DNA from: Candidatus Heimdallarchaeota archaeon
GTDB taxonomy: Archaea; Asgardarchaeota; Heimdallarchaeia; JABLTI01
DNA length: 64,000 nucleotides
Assembly (NCBI GenBank): GCA_018238155.1
Contig: JABCTZ010000009.1
Span: 68,669 to 132,668 of the forward strand
Direction: 5' to 3'
Shown here: positions 31,873 to 41,787 of the stretch, piece by piece
Position numbering within the stretch: position 1 is the first letter of the stretch
Layout of the letters: each line of letters begins with the position of its first letter
Translations under genes and position numbers: made by a program
The notes under the pieces: generated by a model
What the model was told of the DNA's origin: nothing
Database searches by the model: none
What the model saw: only the letters and a program-made list of their open reading frames with translations

Positions 31873-33006
31873 ATGAATTCTGAAACGGAGTTATTTAAAG
31901 AAATCTATGCTTTGCACAAGGATTTGCTAATTGATCCTGAAAATCTCGCCCCATATCTAAAACATTTCAAAAAAGAAAAAAAAGAATTATGCGATATTAA
32001 GAGATTTGTTGGAAAACGTGTTTTAATTACTGGAATCAGTGGGTTTGTTGGGAGTCATCTTGCTGAAAAACTAGTTAATTATGGAGAAGGGATAGAGATT
32101 TTTGGAATAGTTAGAAGACAATCTGTGCCTATTAAACCAAATCTTCGAAAAATAATCAGTAAAATTGGTATTAAGGAAGCGAATTTAATTGATTACCCTT
32201 CCATTGAAAATGCCATATCTGAAATTGAACCTCACTACATATTTCATCTTGCTGCCCAATCTTTCGTACCAACTTCTTTTAATGCTCCGATTGAAGCCGT
32301 TCAAACAAATATTGGTGGAACAACTAATCTCTTAGAAGTCATTAGAAAGAAAAATCTGGATATAGAAGGCATTCAGGTGGCTTGTAGCAGTGAGGAATAT
32401 GGTTTAGTCCACCCGAATGAAGTTCCGATTAAGGAAAGCAATCCCTTTAGACCTCAGTCGCCTTATGCCATCAGCAAAGTTGCTACAGAGCATTTATCAC
32501 GTTTATATTTCAAAGCTTACGGGTTACCAACTATCATTACAAGAGGTTTTAATCATACTGGGCCAAGAAGAGGCTTACAATTTGTTGCTTCTGTTATTGC
32601 AAGTCAGGTTGCTCGAATAATCAAAGGTGGTAATAAAACCATTACTTTAGGAAATCCAAAACCAATTAGGGATTTTACCGATATCAGAGATATACTTGAA
32701 GGGTATTTGCTTGCTGTAACAAAAGGTGAAAAAGGAGAAGCTTACAATCTTGGGCACGGTTTTGGTATATCAATTGAAAATTTGTTAAAACTAACTGCAG
32801 ATAAATTTGAGATTGAATATGAGCTCAAAATTGATCAAACTAGATTCCGCCCCGCAGAAGTTAATGTACTGATATGTGATTATTCTAAAGCTGAAAAAGA
32901 GTTGGGATATAAACCACAATATCCTTTGACTGATACTATGGAAAGTCTTGTCAATTATTATCTTTCTGATGAAATCTTTGCTAACTATTTAACTGAGGAC
33001 TATTAA
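31873..33006 (+). CDS. GDP-mannose 4,6-dehydratase / GDP-4-keto-6-deoxymannose reductase (Gmd/Rmd family)
   Basis: GISGFVG, HLAAQSFV, SSEEYG, SPYAISK, FNHTGPRRG, RDFTD, RFRPAEV. Confidence 0.85.
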   Translation: MNSETELFKEIYALHKDLLIDPENLAPYLKHFKKEKKELCDIKRFVGKRVLITGISGFVGSHLAEKLVNYGEGIEIFGIVRRQSVPIKPNLRKIISKIGIKEANLIDYPSIENAISEIEPHYIFHLAAQSFVPTSFNAPIEAVQTNIGGTTNLLEVIRKKNLDIEGIQVACSSEEYGLVHPNEVPIKESNPFRPQSPYAISKVATEHLSRLYFKAYGLPTIITRGFNHTGPRRGLQFVASVIASQVARIIKGGNKTITLGNPKPIRDFTDIRDILEGYLLAVTKGEKGEAYNLGHGFGISIENLLKLTADKFEIEYELKIDQTRFRPAEVNVLICDYSKAEKELGYKPQYPLTDTMESLVNYYLSDEIFANYLTEDY

Positions 33007-34271
33007 TGAAAATTAAGGATGCATTGGATAGTATTGAAGCAATCGTTGAGGAATATCTTAAAGATAATCCTTATTCGACCAATTCTGAAAAGATTAGCTT
33101 AACCACTCCAAGTTTTGGCAAAGAGGAAATTATGGAGGCAATAGATTCTCTTCTCTCAACTTATGTAACGATGGGAAAGAAAGTTTACAAATTCGAGGAA
33201 ATGTTTGCTAAATATATCGGAATGAATTTTGGTACAATGGTGAACTCCGGCTCGAGTTCAAATCTCATTTCACTTGAAATTTTAGCCAATCCCTTAATCG
33301 AAAATTGCTTGAAACCTGGTGATGAAATTATAACCCCTGCTTTAACCTGGTCTACAACAGTATTTCCAATTCTCGATGTTAATGCAGTTCCTGTTTTTGT
33401 TGATTCTGATCCTAATAGTTTGACAATTGATGTTAATCAACTTGAAGCTAGTTTATCTGAGAAAACGAGAGCTATTATGCCTGTACATCTTTTAGGTTAT
33501 CCTTGCGATATGGATTATATTATGGATTTTGCAGAAGATAATAATTTATTTGTTATCGAGGACTGTTGTGAAGCGCACGGTGCTTTATGGAAAGGCAAAA
33601 AGGTTGGTAGTTTTGGTGATTTGTCATCTTTTAGCTTTTTCTTTTCACATCATATCACCACAATCGAAGGCGGTATTGTTTTAACAAACAATGAAGATTT
33701 CAATAATTTAGCTAAAAGTCTACGAGCTCATGGTTGGGTTAGAGAACGATCAGATAAAGAGGAATTAATAGAAAAACACTCTGAGTTAGACTCTAGATTT
33801 CTTTTTGTTAGCAAGGGATATAATTTACGCCCAACTGAAATTCAAGGAGCTTTTGGCATTCATCAAATTGGTAAACTAGAATCGTTTATAAAAATAAGAG
33901 AGGTCAATGCTGATTACTGGAAATCTGCTTTGGAGGATGTTGAGCGAAACATTGCTCTTCCTGTAGTAGAAAAGAATGTGCGACATGCTTGGTTTGGTTT
34001 TCCATTAATTGTTAAAGAAACTGCTCCTTATCAACGAAAGGATATTATTGCTTACCTTGAAAGTAACGGTATTGAAACCCGACCAATTATGGCAGGTAAT
34101 ATGACTAAACAGCCTGGAATTGAATTTTTCAATTGGAGAAAAGTAGGTAATTTAGATATTGCTACAAAAGTTATGAAAAACGGCTTTTTCTTTGGAAATC
34201 ATCCTGGAATTGGTAAAAAGGAACGAGAATATATTGTAGAAAAAATATTGGAATTCGATTCGAAATTCTAG
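33006..34271 (+). CDS. colD: ColD-type GDP-4-keto-6-deoxy-D-mannose 3-dehydratase (DegT/DnrJ/EryC1/StrS superfamily)
   Basis: MVNSGSSSNL, WSTT, EDCCE, FFFSHHITTIEGG (His where aminotransferases have the PLP Lys), AHGW.R, GYNLRP. No E1-type Fe-S Cys cluster. Confidence 0.75.
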   Translation: MKIKDALDSIEAIVEEYLKDNPYSTNSEKISLTTPSFGKEEIMEAIDSLLSTYVTMGKKVYKFEEMFAKYIGMNFGTMVNSGSSSNLISLEILANPLIENCLKPGDEIITPALTWSTTVFPILDVNAVPVFVDSDPNSLTIDVNQLEASLSEKTRAIMPVHLLGYPCDMDYIMDFAEDNNLFVIEDCCEAHGALWKGKKVGSFGDLSSFSFFFSHHITTIEGGIVLTNNEDFNNLAKSLRAHGWVRERSDKEELIEKHSELDSRFLFVSKGYNLRPTEIQGAFGIHQIGKLESFIKIREVNADYWKSALEDVERNIALPVVEKNVRHAWFGFPLIVKETAPYQRKDIIAYLESNGIETRPIMAGNMTKQPGIEFFNWRKVGNLDIATKVMKNGFFFGNHPGIGKKEREYIVEKILEFDSKF

Positions 34272-34291
34272 TCTTCTCTGAAATTGTCTTT

Positions 34292-35416
34292 TTAAAACAA
34301 TTTTTCTATTTCGTTTACGATTTCCTCTTTCCCATTTAGATTTAAATTATTTTTATATTCGTTTATGCTTTTTTTATCGACATTCTTCAACCACAACATA
34401 CTCTCAAATTCTGTGGAGTTTATTGAAGCGGTCCCACCAATTTCCTTCGCATATTCAACAAGTTTATTCGATTCAATATTTGAAACAATGGGTACCAATA
34501 ACATTTTTACGTTATTCATAATGCATTCCGTCATAGTCCCCCAACCTGGTTTTCCTATAAATAAATCGCAATTGCCTATCCAATTTTGACTTTCTGTTAC
34601 GCTCTTAGGTATTTGAAAAGTCCCTTTTATTTTTTGATTAATGCTTGACATAATAATATTATATTTTTGATTCTGCGATTTATTCGCTAAAATTTCTCTC
34701 TTTTCCAAATTTAGTTTTAGCGTTTTGCCAAATGATAGAAAGATAGTGAATTTGTTCCCCATTTTGTATTTTTCAAGAAATTCAATACGATTCATTGTTT
34801 TTTCTCTTGAAAAGAAACCAACATCTTTAATCTCTTTATTATCATTTGTGAAAAAACAATCTTCATCAGATAAAGGTAATTTTAAAATTAGGTTATTTTT
34901 ACTATATGATTCTTCTAGGCTCTTACAAATTGATGATTTCTTGTTTTCCAGTGAATTACTTACACAATTCAGATTTTTAAAAACACTTGACCAATCAAAA
35001 TTAGACACCAGTATTGATTTCATGTTGTATTCTTTAGCAATGTCAAAAGCTAAAGGTGAAGCATCTGAATAGACTAGCCCAGGATTATCAACGCTCATTT
35101 GTTTTTTAATTTCATCTAATACTTTATTTTTTTTTGTTATATAGAATTCATATGCATTGCTTATTGATTTAGCAATATTAGGTGATAATTCTCCTTCTTC
35201 ATAATATAATCCCATATCAGTAACAATTGGATAAGATTGAATTCTATTCTGGTATTCCTTATCGATACTTTTTATAAAAAATTCACAATGGTTTTTTGGA
35301 GCGAATAAATGAATAAAATAGTCACTTTTTTTTCTCAATAATTCTCTAATAATTGCAATTGTTCTGGTGAGATGGCCAAAACCAAAGGATGAAACAAAAA
35401 AGTAAATATTTTTCAT
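34292..35416 (-). CDS. GT-B fold protein resembling the N-terminal domain of L-arabinokinase (GT28-like)
   Basis: SSFGFGHLTR, D.G, SNFDW, KPGWGTMTE, E near the C-terminus. Confidence 0.65.
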   Translation of the reverse strand: MKNIYFFVSSFGFGHLTRTIAIIRELLRKKSDYFIHLFAPKNHCEFFIKSIDKEYQNRIQSYPIVTDMGLYYEEGELSPNIAKSISNAYEFYITKKNKVLDEIKKQMSVDNPGLVYSDASPLAFDIAKEYNMKSILVSNFDWSSVFKNLNCVSNSLENKKSSICKSLEESYSKNNLILKLPLSDEDCFFTNDNKEIKDVGFFSREKTMNRIEFLEKYKMGNKFTIFLSFGKTLKLNLEKREILANKSQNQKYNIIMSSINQKIKGTFQIPKSVTESQNWIGNCDLFIGKPGWGTMTECIMNNVKMLLVPIVSNIESNKLVEYAKEIGGTASINSTEFESMLWLKNVDKKSINEYKNNLNLNGKEEIVNEIEKLF

Positions 35417-35571
35417 AATTAGTATTCAATGATAGATTAATTAAAATATGTTTATATCAAGAGATATTTTAAAGTCACATTCAATTAATTTATTTATAGA
35501 ACATTAATTCTGTTTTGTATGGCTCTTTCTATGAAAAAATTAAAAGAATACCTTCAATTCTATTATTACTT

Positions 35572-36273
35572 ATGACAAAGAAAACATTGTTACTGTTAAC
35601 ATTCAATGAAATTAATGGTTCTGAAGCATTATATGATAAAATACCATTCAATCTTTTTGATGAAATTTATGTAATTGATGGAAATAGCTCTGATGGAACA
35701 ATTGATTTTTGGAAAGAGAAGGGTCATAACGTTATAATTCAAAAAATACCTGGACGTGGTGCTGCTTTCGTGGAAGGCGTTGAAATTACTACCGGTGAGC
35801 ACATACTCTTCTTTAGTCCAGATGGTAATGAAGATCCTGAAGACATTCCCAAATTATTAGATACTTTAGAGGGCGATTGTGATTTGGTTATTGCTTCTAG
35901 ATTTATGAAGGGATCCAAGAGTGATGATGCAACTTGTTTTAGGCGATTCGGTAATAACATGTTTACTTTCTTAGTCAATCTCTTTTTCAGGGCAAAAGTT
36001 CGTGATGCTGTAAATGGATTTAGAGCAATAAAGAGGGATAAATTCGACAAGCTAAACCTTCCTCCTTCTAAATTTGAAATTGAATTTCAAATGACAGCAA
36101 GAGCTGGTAAATTGAAATATACTATTATTGAGATACCCACACATGAAAAGGATAGAATAGGTGGTTATTCTAAAGCTGGTTCTTTCTCAGTAGGCTTTAG
36201 TTACATTAAGGTTCTATTTAGAGAAATATTCATTGGGAAGAGATTCTTGAAGGGAGATAACAAAGATGAGTGA
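35572..36273 (+). CDS. Glycosyltransferase family 2 (DPM1-like)
   Basis: TFNE, DGNSSDGT, SPDGNEDP, ASRF, DAVNGFRA. Start at ATG 35572 (ORF track 35515). Confidence 0.88.
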   Translation: MTKKTLLLLTFNEINGSEALYDKIPFNLFDEIYVIDGNSSDGTIDFWKEKGHNVIIQKIPGRGAAFVEGVEITTGEHILFFSPDGNEDPEDIPKLLDTLEGDCDLVIASRFMKGSKSDDATCFRRFGNNMFTFLVNLFFRAKVRDAVNGFRAIKRDKFDKLNLPPSKFEIEFQMTARAGKLKYTIIEIPTHEKDRIGGYSKAGSFSVGFSYIKVLFREIFIGKRFLKGDNKDE

Positions 36274-37198
36274 TTCTATTTCGTTGAAAGATAAACGAGT
36301 AGTTCTAACTGGTGGTAGTGGATTCTTTGGCAGTCATATAAAGATTGAATTGGAAAAAGAATCTGTTTCGGAGATTATTCTACCTAGATCCAGTGAATAT
36401 GATTTACGCGATTCCTTGATGGTTAAATCTGTACTTGAGGGTGCTGATATTGTAATTCATGCAGCCGGAACAGTATCCGGAATTGGTGGCATTCAAAAAC
36501 AACCTGCAACTTCTCTATTTGATAATGCGATTATGGCTTTACACTTAATGGAAGAATCAAGCAAAGCTGGTGTTCAGAAGCTAGTAAATATTGGATCCGC
36601 TTGCTCATATCCTAAATTTGCCCCCATTCCTCTAAAAGAGGAGGATATTTGGAATGGTTATCCTGAGGAAACAAATGCTCCATATGGTATAGCAAAACGG
36701 TTGCAGATTGCTGGTGCTGATGCCTATAAAAAACAATACAACTTGAATATAATCCCATTAATTGTATTCAACTTATATGGTCCAAGAGATAACTTTGATT
36801 TAGAAACATCCCATGTAATCCCTGCTTTAATACGAAAATGTTTGGAAAATGATAAATTGATTGTTTGGGGAGATGGAAGCCCAACTCGGAGTTTCTTATT
36901 CGTAGAAGATGCAGCAAGAGCAGTAGTTTTAGCAACTAAAAATTATAATAAAAGTTATCCAGTAAATATTAGCTCAGCAGAAGAAACTAGCATTAAAGAT
37001 TTAGTTGATATAATAATTGAATTAACAGGTTTTGAGGGTAATATTGAGTTTGATACTACCAAACCTAATGGTCAACCTCGACGATGTGCTGATGTTCACC
37101 TTGCTAAAAAGGAATTTAATTTCACCGCACAATATACAATTAGAGAAGGCCTCAAGAAAACAATTAACTGGTATAAACTGAATAAAGAATTACTTTAA
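36266..37198 (+). CDS. fcl: GDP-L-fucose synthase / ColC-type GDP-4-keto-deoxysugar epimerase-reductase
   Basis: GGSGFFG, V.GIG, GSACSYP, PEETNAPYGIAK, NLYGP.DNF, SHVIPALIRK, WGDGSPTR, KPNGQPRR. Confidence 0.85.
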   Translation: MSDSISLKDKRVVLTGGSGFFGSHIKIELEKESVSEIILPRSSEYDLRDSLMVKSVLEGADIVIHAAGTVSGIGGIQKQPATSLFDNAIMALHLMEESSKAGVQKLVNIGSACSYPKFAPIPLKEEDIWNGYPEETNAPYGIAKRLQIAGADAYKKQYNLNIIPLIVFNLYGPRDNFDLETSHVIPALIRKCLENDKLIVWGDGSPTRSFLFVEDAARAVVLATKNYNKSYPVNISSAEETSIKDLVDIIIELTGFEGNIEFDTTKPNGQPRRCADVHLAKKEFNFTAQYTIREGLKKTINWYKLNKELL

Positions 37199-37217
37199 AA
37201 TAACAGTTATAACAAAG

Positions 37218-37244
37218 AAAAAAAAAGGATAATAAATTATCCTT
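37218..37244 (-). terminator. Hairpin plus U-tract, probable terminator between convergent genes
   Basis: aaggataat-aa-attatcctt (37225-37244) next to an A-run, which is a U-run on the minus strand. Confidence 0.45.
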
Positions 37245-37251
37245 AATTATT

Positions 37252-38739
37252 TTAGAATATTGAAATATTAGTCAGCTCACCAATCAAAAGAAGGAAACTA
37301 AATGATTGAGCCATGATTATCATTATTCCTTCGAAGATAGTTATCCGATGATCATCAGAGATTGATCTTTTAACAAACCAGATGATTAATGCTAAAGCTA
37401 TGAGCTGGAATAACATGAAATCATCGATTGGAGCAGGAACCAATGCCGCGAATGCACCAAAGACTAGTAGTGTCATTTGCAATATTCCTCCGAGAATATT
37501 GCCCAAAGCAATGTCTGTTTTTCCTTTCGCTGCTGCAACAACTGCTATCCCATGTTCTGGTATAGCTCCTGAGAAACCAACAATGAGCGCAACAATGCCG
37601 ATATCCAGGGTGATCTTTGGTGAGTGCAGCATTGTTTCTACTGCATGACTGAGTAAAAATCCTCCTCCGGCAATACCTGTGATACCTATTATAACTAATA
37701 CAATAGATACTTTCATGCTTAAATGATGGCCCTCCATTGCTGGAGCTGTTGCATAAGGGTTAATTGGTCTTTTATCGTCTCCTTGATAGGTTGCTCGCGT
37801 ATCATCACAATCAGGATCTACGATGTTCATCTCTCCAGAAGCGTTAATTATTTTTCTTTGTGCTCCTTCATGAACTTCTTGTACATTTGTTGCAGAAATA
37901 TCAGGCATTTTTCCATCTAATTTTCCTCTAGTTGGTTTCGTTGCTTTAACTAGTTCTTTGCCAAATTTCTCTTCTGCTTTTGCTTGTTTACTTTTAACGA
38001 TGAGAAAGACAAGATATATGAGATAACTTACTACAAGGGATATTCCTGCTAATTGCGGCAATTCTCCTGATATTCCTTCTGAATCTGCGAAAAATGTTTG
38101 TTGTTTTACCTCGATAAAGATATTGTCTAGTATTTCTACTACTGCTACACCAAATGTTAGAAATGTAGCCACAAATCCCCATCTTAGTAGTACTCCCTCT
38201 GCCATGACCGTTTCTTTCTTAATTTGAATATAGCCTTTCTTTTTCGAGCCTACTAGAACTACTATTCCTAATAATATTGCATTAAATCCTGCTGCTGCGA
38301 GGGTTGTATAAAATGCCGTTGTTACTAGGTCAGGTTTGTTGTTTACAGTTCCTTTTACTAACAATATTCCCGCAGCAACTACTTCTGGTAGATTGCTTGC
38401 TAGACTTGAAATCACTCCGGCAACGTAAGCCGTTAATCCTACAAATCGCATGATATTACCTAACCCATCTACTGCCCACTCGCTTGGTCTGAATGCCAAC
38501 CAGAGTCCGAGCAATCCTGCTGTAACTACTACTCCTATTAAAATACCAAAATCATCTGGAATGTAATTATGTAGTACAAACATTGCCACTACTGCTCCGA
38601 CTAGCATTGCAACGATTATATACTCATACCAAGGTAGTTTAATAACGCTCCAAAGGCTTTTAGTTGCCTCTTCTTCTCCTAATTCAATTTTAATTCCATT
38701 TCCTGATATTTCATTCTCTTTCTCATGTGTATTCATCAT
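37252..38739 (-). CDS. Ca2+/cation antiporter (CaCA superfamily)
   Basis: Alpha-repeats ASNLPE and GAIPEH...GNILG, two TM bundles joined by a long hydrophilic loop. Start at MMNTHE, 38739 (ORF track 38844). Confidence 0.85.
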   Translation of the reverse strand: MMNTHEKENEISGNGIKIELGEEEATKSLWSVIKLPWYEYIIVAMLVGAVVAMFVLHNYIPDDFGILIGVVVTAGLLGLWLAFRPSEWAVDGLGNIMRFVGLTAYVAGVISSLASNLPEVVAAGILLVKGTVNNKPDLVTTAFYTTLAAAGFNAILLGIVVLVGSKKKGYIQIKKETVMAEGVLLRWGFVATFLTFGVAVVEILDNIFIEVKQQTFFADSEGISGELPQLAGISLVVSYLIYLVFLIVKSKQAKAEEKFGKELVKATKPTRGKLDGKMPDISATNVQEVHEGAQRKIINASGEMNIVDPDCDDTRATYQGDDKRPINPYATAPAMEGHHLSMKVSIVLVIIGITGIAGGGFLLSHAVETMLHSPKITLDIGIVALIVGFSGAIPEHGIAVVAAAKGKTDIALGNILGGILQMTLLVFGAFAALVPAPIDDFMLFQLIALALIIWFVKRSISDDHRITIFEGIMIIMAQSFSFLLLIGELTNISIF

Positions 38740-38941
38740 TATCAACCGTTTGAAATTAGCAGTGGAATAAGATACTAACAGAATTCTACTGTTTTCATTT
38801 TTATAAATTATTCTAAATTCACCCTTTTCTCTTTTAAGGGGCAAAAATGATTTTCGTACTCGAGTTCTCTAGTAAAAATATGTATAAAGGCGAAGATTAA
38901 ATACCTTTATTGCATTAATTATTATTGAGAGGTAGAGTTAA

Positions 38942-39682
38942 ATGGAAATTGCTGAAGATCTTGGAATGGCGACATTTCCTATTACAACGTGTCACATTTC
39001 TTCTATTATTTTGAAGCTGTTGCGTATCGACCGGCCATATTATCTTCCATCCATTGATGATCTTGACTTGCCAACTGATTCAATTGATCAAGTTATCCTG
39101 TTTATCATTGATAATTTTAGTTTGTTTGAAATAATTACCTACCAACCTGAATGGATGATTAAAAATCTTGATAATCTATTACTTATTGAGACCGAGACAA
39201 AGTCACAGTCACTTGCTGGACCTATGCTTTCATCCGCCTTTTCCTGTAAAGATAGCCTTACTTTCAATTTGGTTACTACACTCAATTTTAATGACAAGGG
39301 CGTAAAAGTCATCGCTCGTGAGGAAGATATACCAAAAATTACTCCTGATCCTTCTTTAGCTATTGCTGAAAAATCTGATGTGAATATCTATGTTAAAGGA
39401 TTGAAAGCTGTCAACCGCAACGATCTGTTAGTTCTTCATTTTGCTGATTTTGATGAAATGTATACTCGTTATTCCATGAATCCTCCTGAAGACGTTGCTT
39501 CAAAGATTATGCGCAGAACAGACAAATGGATTAGTCTCTATGCGAAACAATCGATTGCAGGGACGGCAATTATGGTTATAGGCAATGATGGGAAAAAACC
39601 CATCGAAATGAATTTGAAAGGTCGCGCAGCTGAATGGAAGCGAGCAAATCTTCCAATAGGTTTTATCGTATTACCCAAGTAA
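38942..39682 (+). CDS. Degenerate alkaline-phosphatase/PglZ-superfamily-like protein
   Basis: VILFIIDNF (vs. ILIDG), LHFADFDE, MVIGNDG (vs. TADHG). GAGGT RBS. Confidence 0.45.
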   Translation: MEIAEDLGMATFPITTCHISSIILKLLRIDRPYYLPSIDDLDLPTDSIDQVILFIIDNFSLFEIITYQPEWMIKNLDNLLLIETETKSQSLAGPMLSSAFSCKDSLTFNLVTTLNFNDKGVKVIAREEDIPKITPDPSLAIAEKSDVNIYVKGLKAVNRNDLLVLHFADFDEMYTRYSMNPPEDVASKIMRRTDKWISLYAKQSIAGTAIMVIGNDGKKPIEMNLKGRAAEWKRANLPIGFIVLPK

Positions 39683-39707
39683 TCATTTCATTTAGTTCTT
39701 TTACCAT

Positions 39708-40670
39708 TTACACGCTACCTGTTGTGAGTGCGAGAATCATTATAATTATTGTAATAACTAATGCAAGTGCTCCTATGCCAATACAGAACCAACCAAAATT
39801 AACTTTTCTTGCAACCCACAGGAAGAAGTCAATTGTGAGATAGCCTACAACTCCTGAGATAAGCAAAGCGAGAATCATACCATACCAGGGTATTCCCGCA
39901 AGTGAGAATTCTCCTTGGATAGCATCAACTATTATTGTTAAAAGATTTCCACCTAGTACTGCTGGAACACTCAATAGAAAGCTTGCTCGTAGAGCATCTT
40001 CTTCTTCGACACCTTCGATGAGCAGTGCTCCAACTGTAGTTCCTGATCGAGATACTCCTGGAATTAATGCTACTCCTTGCACCGCACCCACAACCAACAT
40101 TTCCCATGTTTTCATTTCAAAAAGTGATTTACTTGCGGTTTTTCTTCTCGAGATAAGAATGAATATTCCTGTACCTATCAAGAACAAACCAATAACCATC
40201 GTTATTATATCTCCACTCGAGATTGCTCCATTAGCAAATGTCAGAGAATCTCCATCTGCTAGAACGAATTTCAATAGTAAATAGATTGGTATTCCAATAA
40301 CTGCTGTTGCTGCCGTTGCTAAGAGAATGAATTTCCAAAGAATTCGTTGTTCTTTGCCTTGAGTTAGTATGTCCTTTCCTTCGGAGTCATTTTTTTCTTC
40401 AGAAACCACTTCGGAACTTTCTTCTTCGTTTTTCTTTTGTTTGTATTTTTTCCAAACATTGAGATTGAACAGTAAAAAGAAATCTTTACGGAAGCGAATA
40501 ATAACTGCAATCATAGTCCCTAAGTGCATAAATAAAGCAATTGCTAATGCATTTTCTGACTCGCCTGCCCAGGTTAGGATCATAAATATCCATCCTTCAC
40601 TTGAAACTGGCAACCATTCCAATATTCCCTGAACAATCGCTATTACAATAATTAACCACAAAGCAACCAT
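39708..40670 (-). CDS. uppP: Undecaprenyl/polyprenyl-diphosphate phosphatase (BacA family)
   Basis: QGILEWLPVSSEG, HLGT, QGVALIPGVSRSGTT, SFLLSVPA. Confidence 0.9.
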   Translation of the reverse strand: MVALWLIIVIAIVQGILEWLPVSSEGWIFMILTWAGESENALAIALFMHLGTMIAVIIRFRKDFFLLFNLNVWKKYKQKKNEEESSEVVSEEKNDSEGKDILTQGKEQRILWKFILLATAATAVIGIPIYLLLKFVLADGDSLTFANGAISSGDIITMVIGLFLIGTGIFILISRRKTASKSLFEMKTWEMLVVGAVQGVALIPGVSRSGTTVGALLIEGVEEEDALRASFLLSVPAVLGGNLLTIIVDAIQGEFSLAGIPWYGMILALLISGVVGYLTIDFFLWVARKVNFGWFCIGIGALALVITIIIMILALTTGSV

Positions 40671-40803
40671 TGTATACACCAATAACTCAGTAAAATAATT
40701 AATTCATACAAAAAAGTTTTGTAGCATTCAACTTTTAAAAGTGGTATCTAGACTTTTAACTGTAGTTCCAATGCAATACTTGAAACCATTTGGAGATAGT
40801 TCA

Positions 40804-41667
40804 TTGACTACTGTTAAAATCATCACCGACTCAACTTGTGATTTACCACCTGCAATTCGTAAGCAATATAATATTGGAACAATACCAGTAAATGTTATTC
40901 TTGATGACAATCTTTATTCTCAATATGATATCACCAATGATGATTTCTATTCTCGAATGGCTGCCGGAGAACTAGCCTCAACTGGCGTTCCTTCTCCTAA
41001 CGTTTTCAAGATTGCTTTTGATGATGCACTAGAAGAGTTTGATGATGTTATTGTGTTCACTCTTTCATCCAAATTAAGTGGTGTATTTCAAACTGCCACA
41101 ATGGTTGCAAAACAATTCTTTGATGATCGAATAATCATTATTGATTCTGCTGCATTAACATTGCAGCTAGGTTTAGCTGTTTATGAGGCAGCCAAATTTG
41201 CTCGTGAAGGGAAAACGAGAGAAGAAATAATTACCTTGGCAAATAATGTTTTAATTCCTAAAAATAATATTCTAGGAGTAATTGCTACTCTCAAGAATCT
41301 AAAACGAAGTGGACGAATTGGAGCAATTTCATGGTTATTAGGATCACTTCTCTCTGTGAAACCACTTCTACAGCTTGAGGACGGATTGATTGTTTCTCCA
41401 GGGAAAGTTCGTAATTTGGATCACGGTATGACTCTTCTTAAAAAAACTGGTCGATTTGCATCAGAGCATCGTGAAGTAGATACTATTTTCTGTGCCCATG
41501 CTCGCAATCCCGAACGCGGGAAAGAGCTTGTAGATTTCTTCAAGGATTTACCAAACCCTGCATCTGAAATCTTTTGTGGAGAAATTGGTCCTTCAATGGG
41601 TACACACATCGGTCCTGGTGCTTTTGGTTTTGCTTGGTTGGGTAGATTTGAAAAAGAATGGTTGTAG
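40804..41667 (+). CDS. DegV family fatty-acid-binding protein
   Basis: IITDSTCDL, LSSKLSG, IDS, L..SGRI, S.KP, THIGPGA. TTG start at 40804 after GGAG. Confidence 0.92.
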   Translation: MTTVKIITDSTCDLPPAIRKQYNIGTIPVNVILDDNLYSQYDITNDDFYSRMAAGELASTGVPSPNVFKIAFDDALEEFDDVIVFTLSSKLSGVFQTATMVAKQFFDDRIIIIDSAALTLQLGLAVYEAAKFAREGKTREEIITLANNVLIPKNNILGVIATLKNLKRSGRIGAISWLLGSLLSVKPLLQLEDGLIVSPGKVRNLDHGMTLLKKTGRFASEHREVDTIFCAHARNPERGKELVDFFKDLPNPASEIFCGEIGPSMGTHIGPGAFGFAWLGRFEKEWL

Positions 41668-41787
41668 TACTAAGCTGAACTCTCTTCATACGAGTCTTCT
41701 TTTCCCTTCATCCTTCTTCTTTTTATTGAAAACAGCATTTACTTTCTTTCACTATTGTTAAATATTAAAAGAAAACAACAAAATGAT

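Noticed and set aside
33006-34271. Ordinary sugar aminotransferase or CDP-sugar E1 (RfbH) call
   Set aside because: The catalytic Lys position is His, and the E1 Fe-S cysteine motif is absent.
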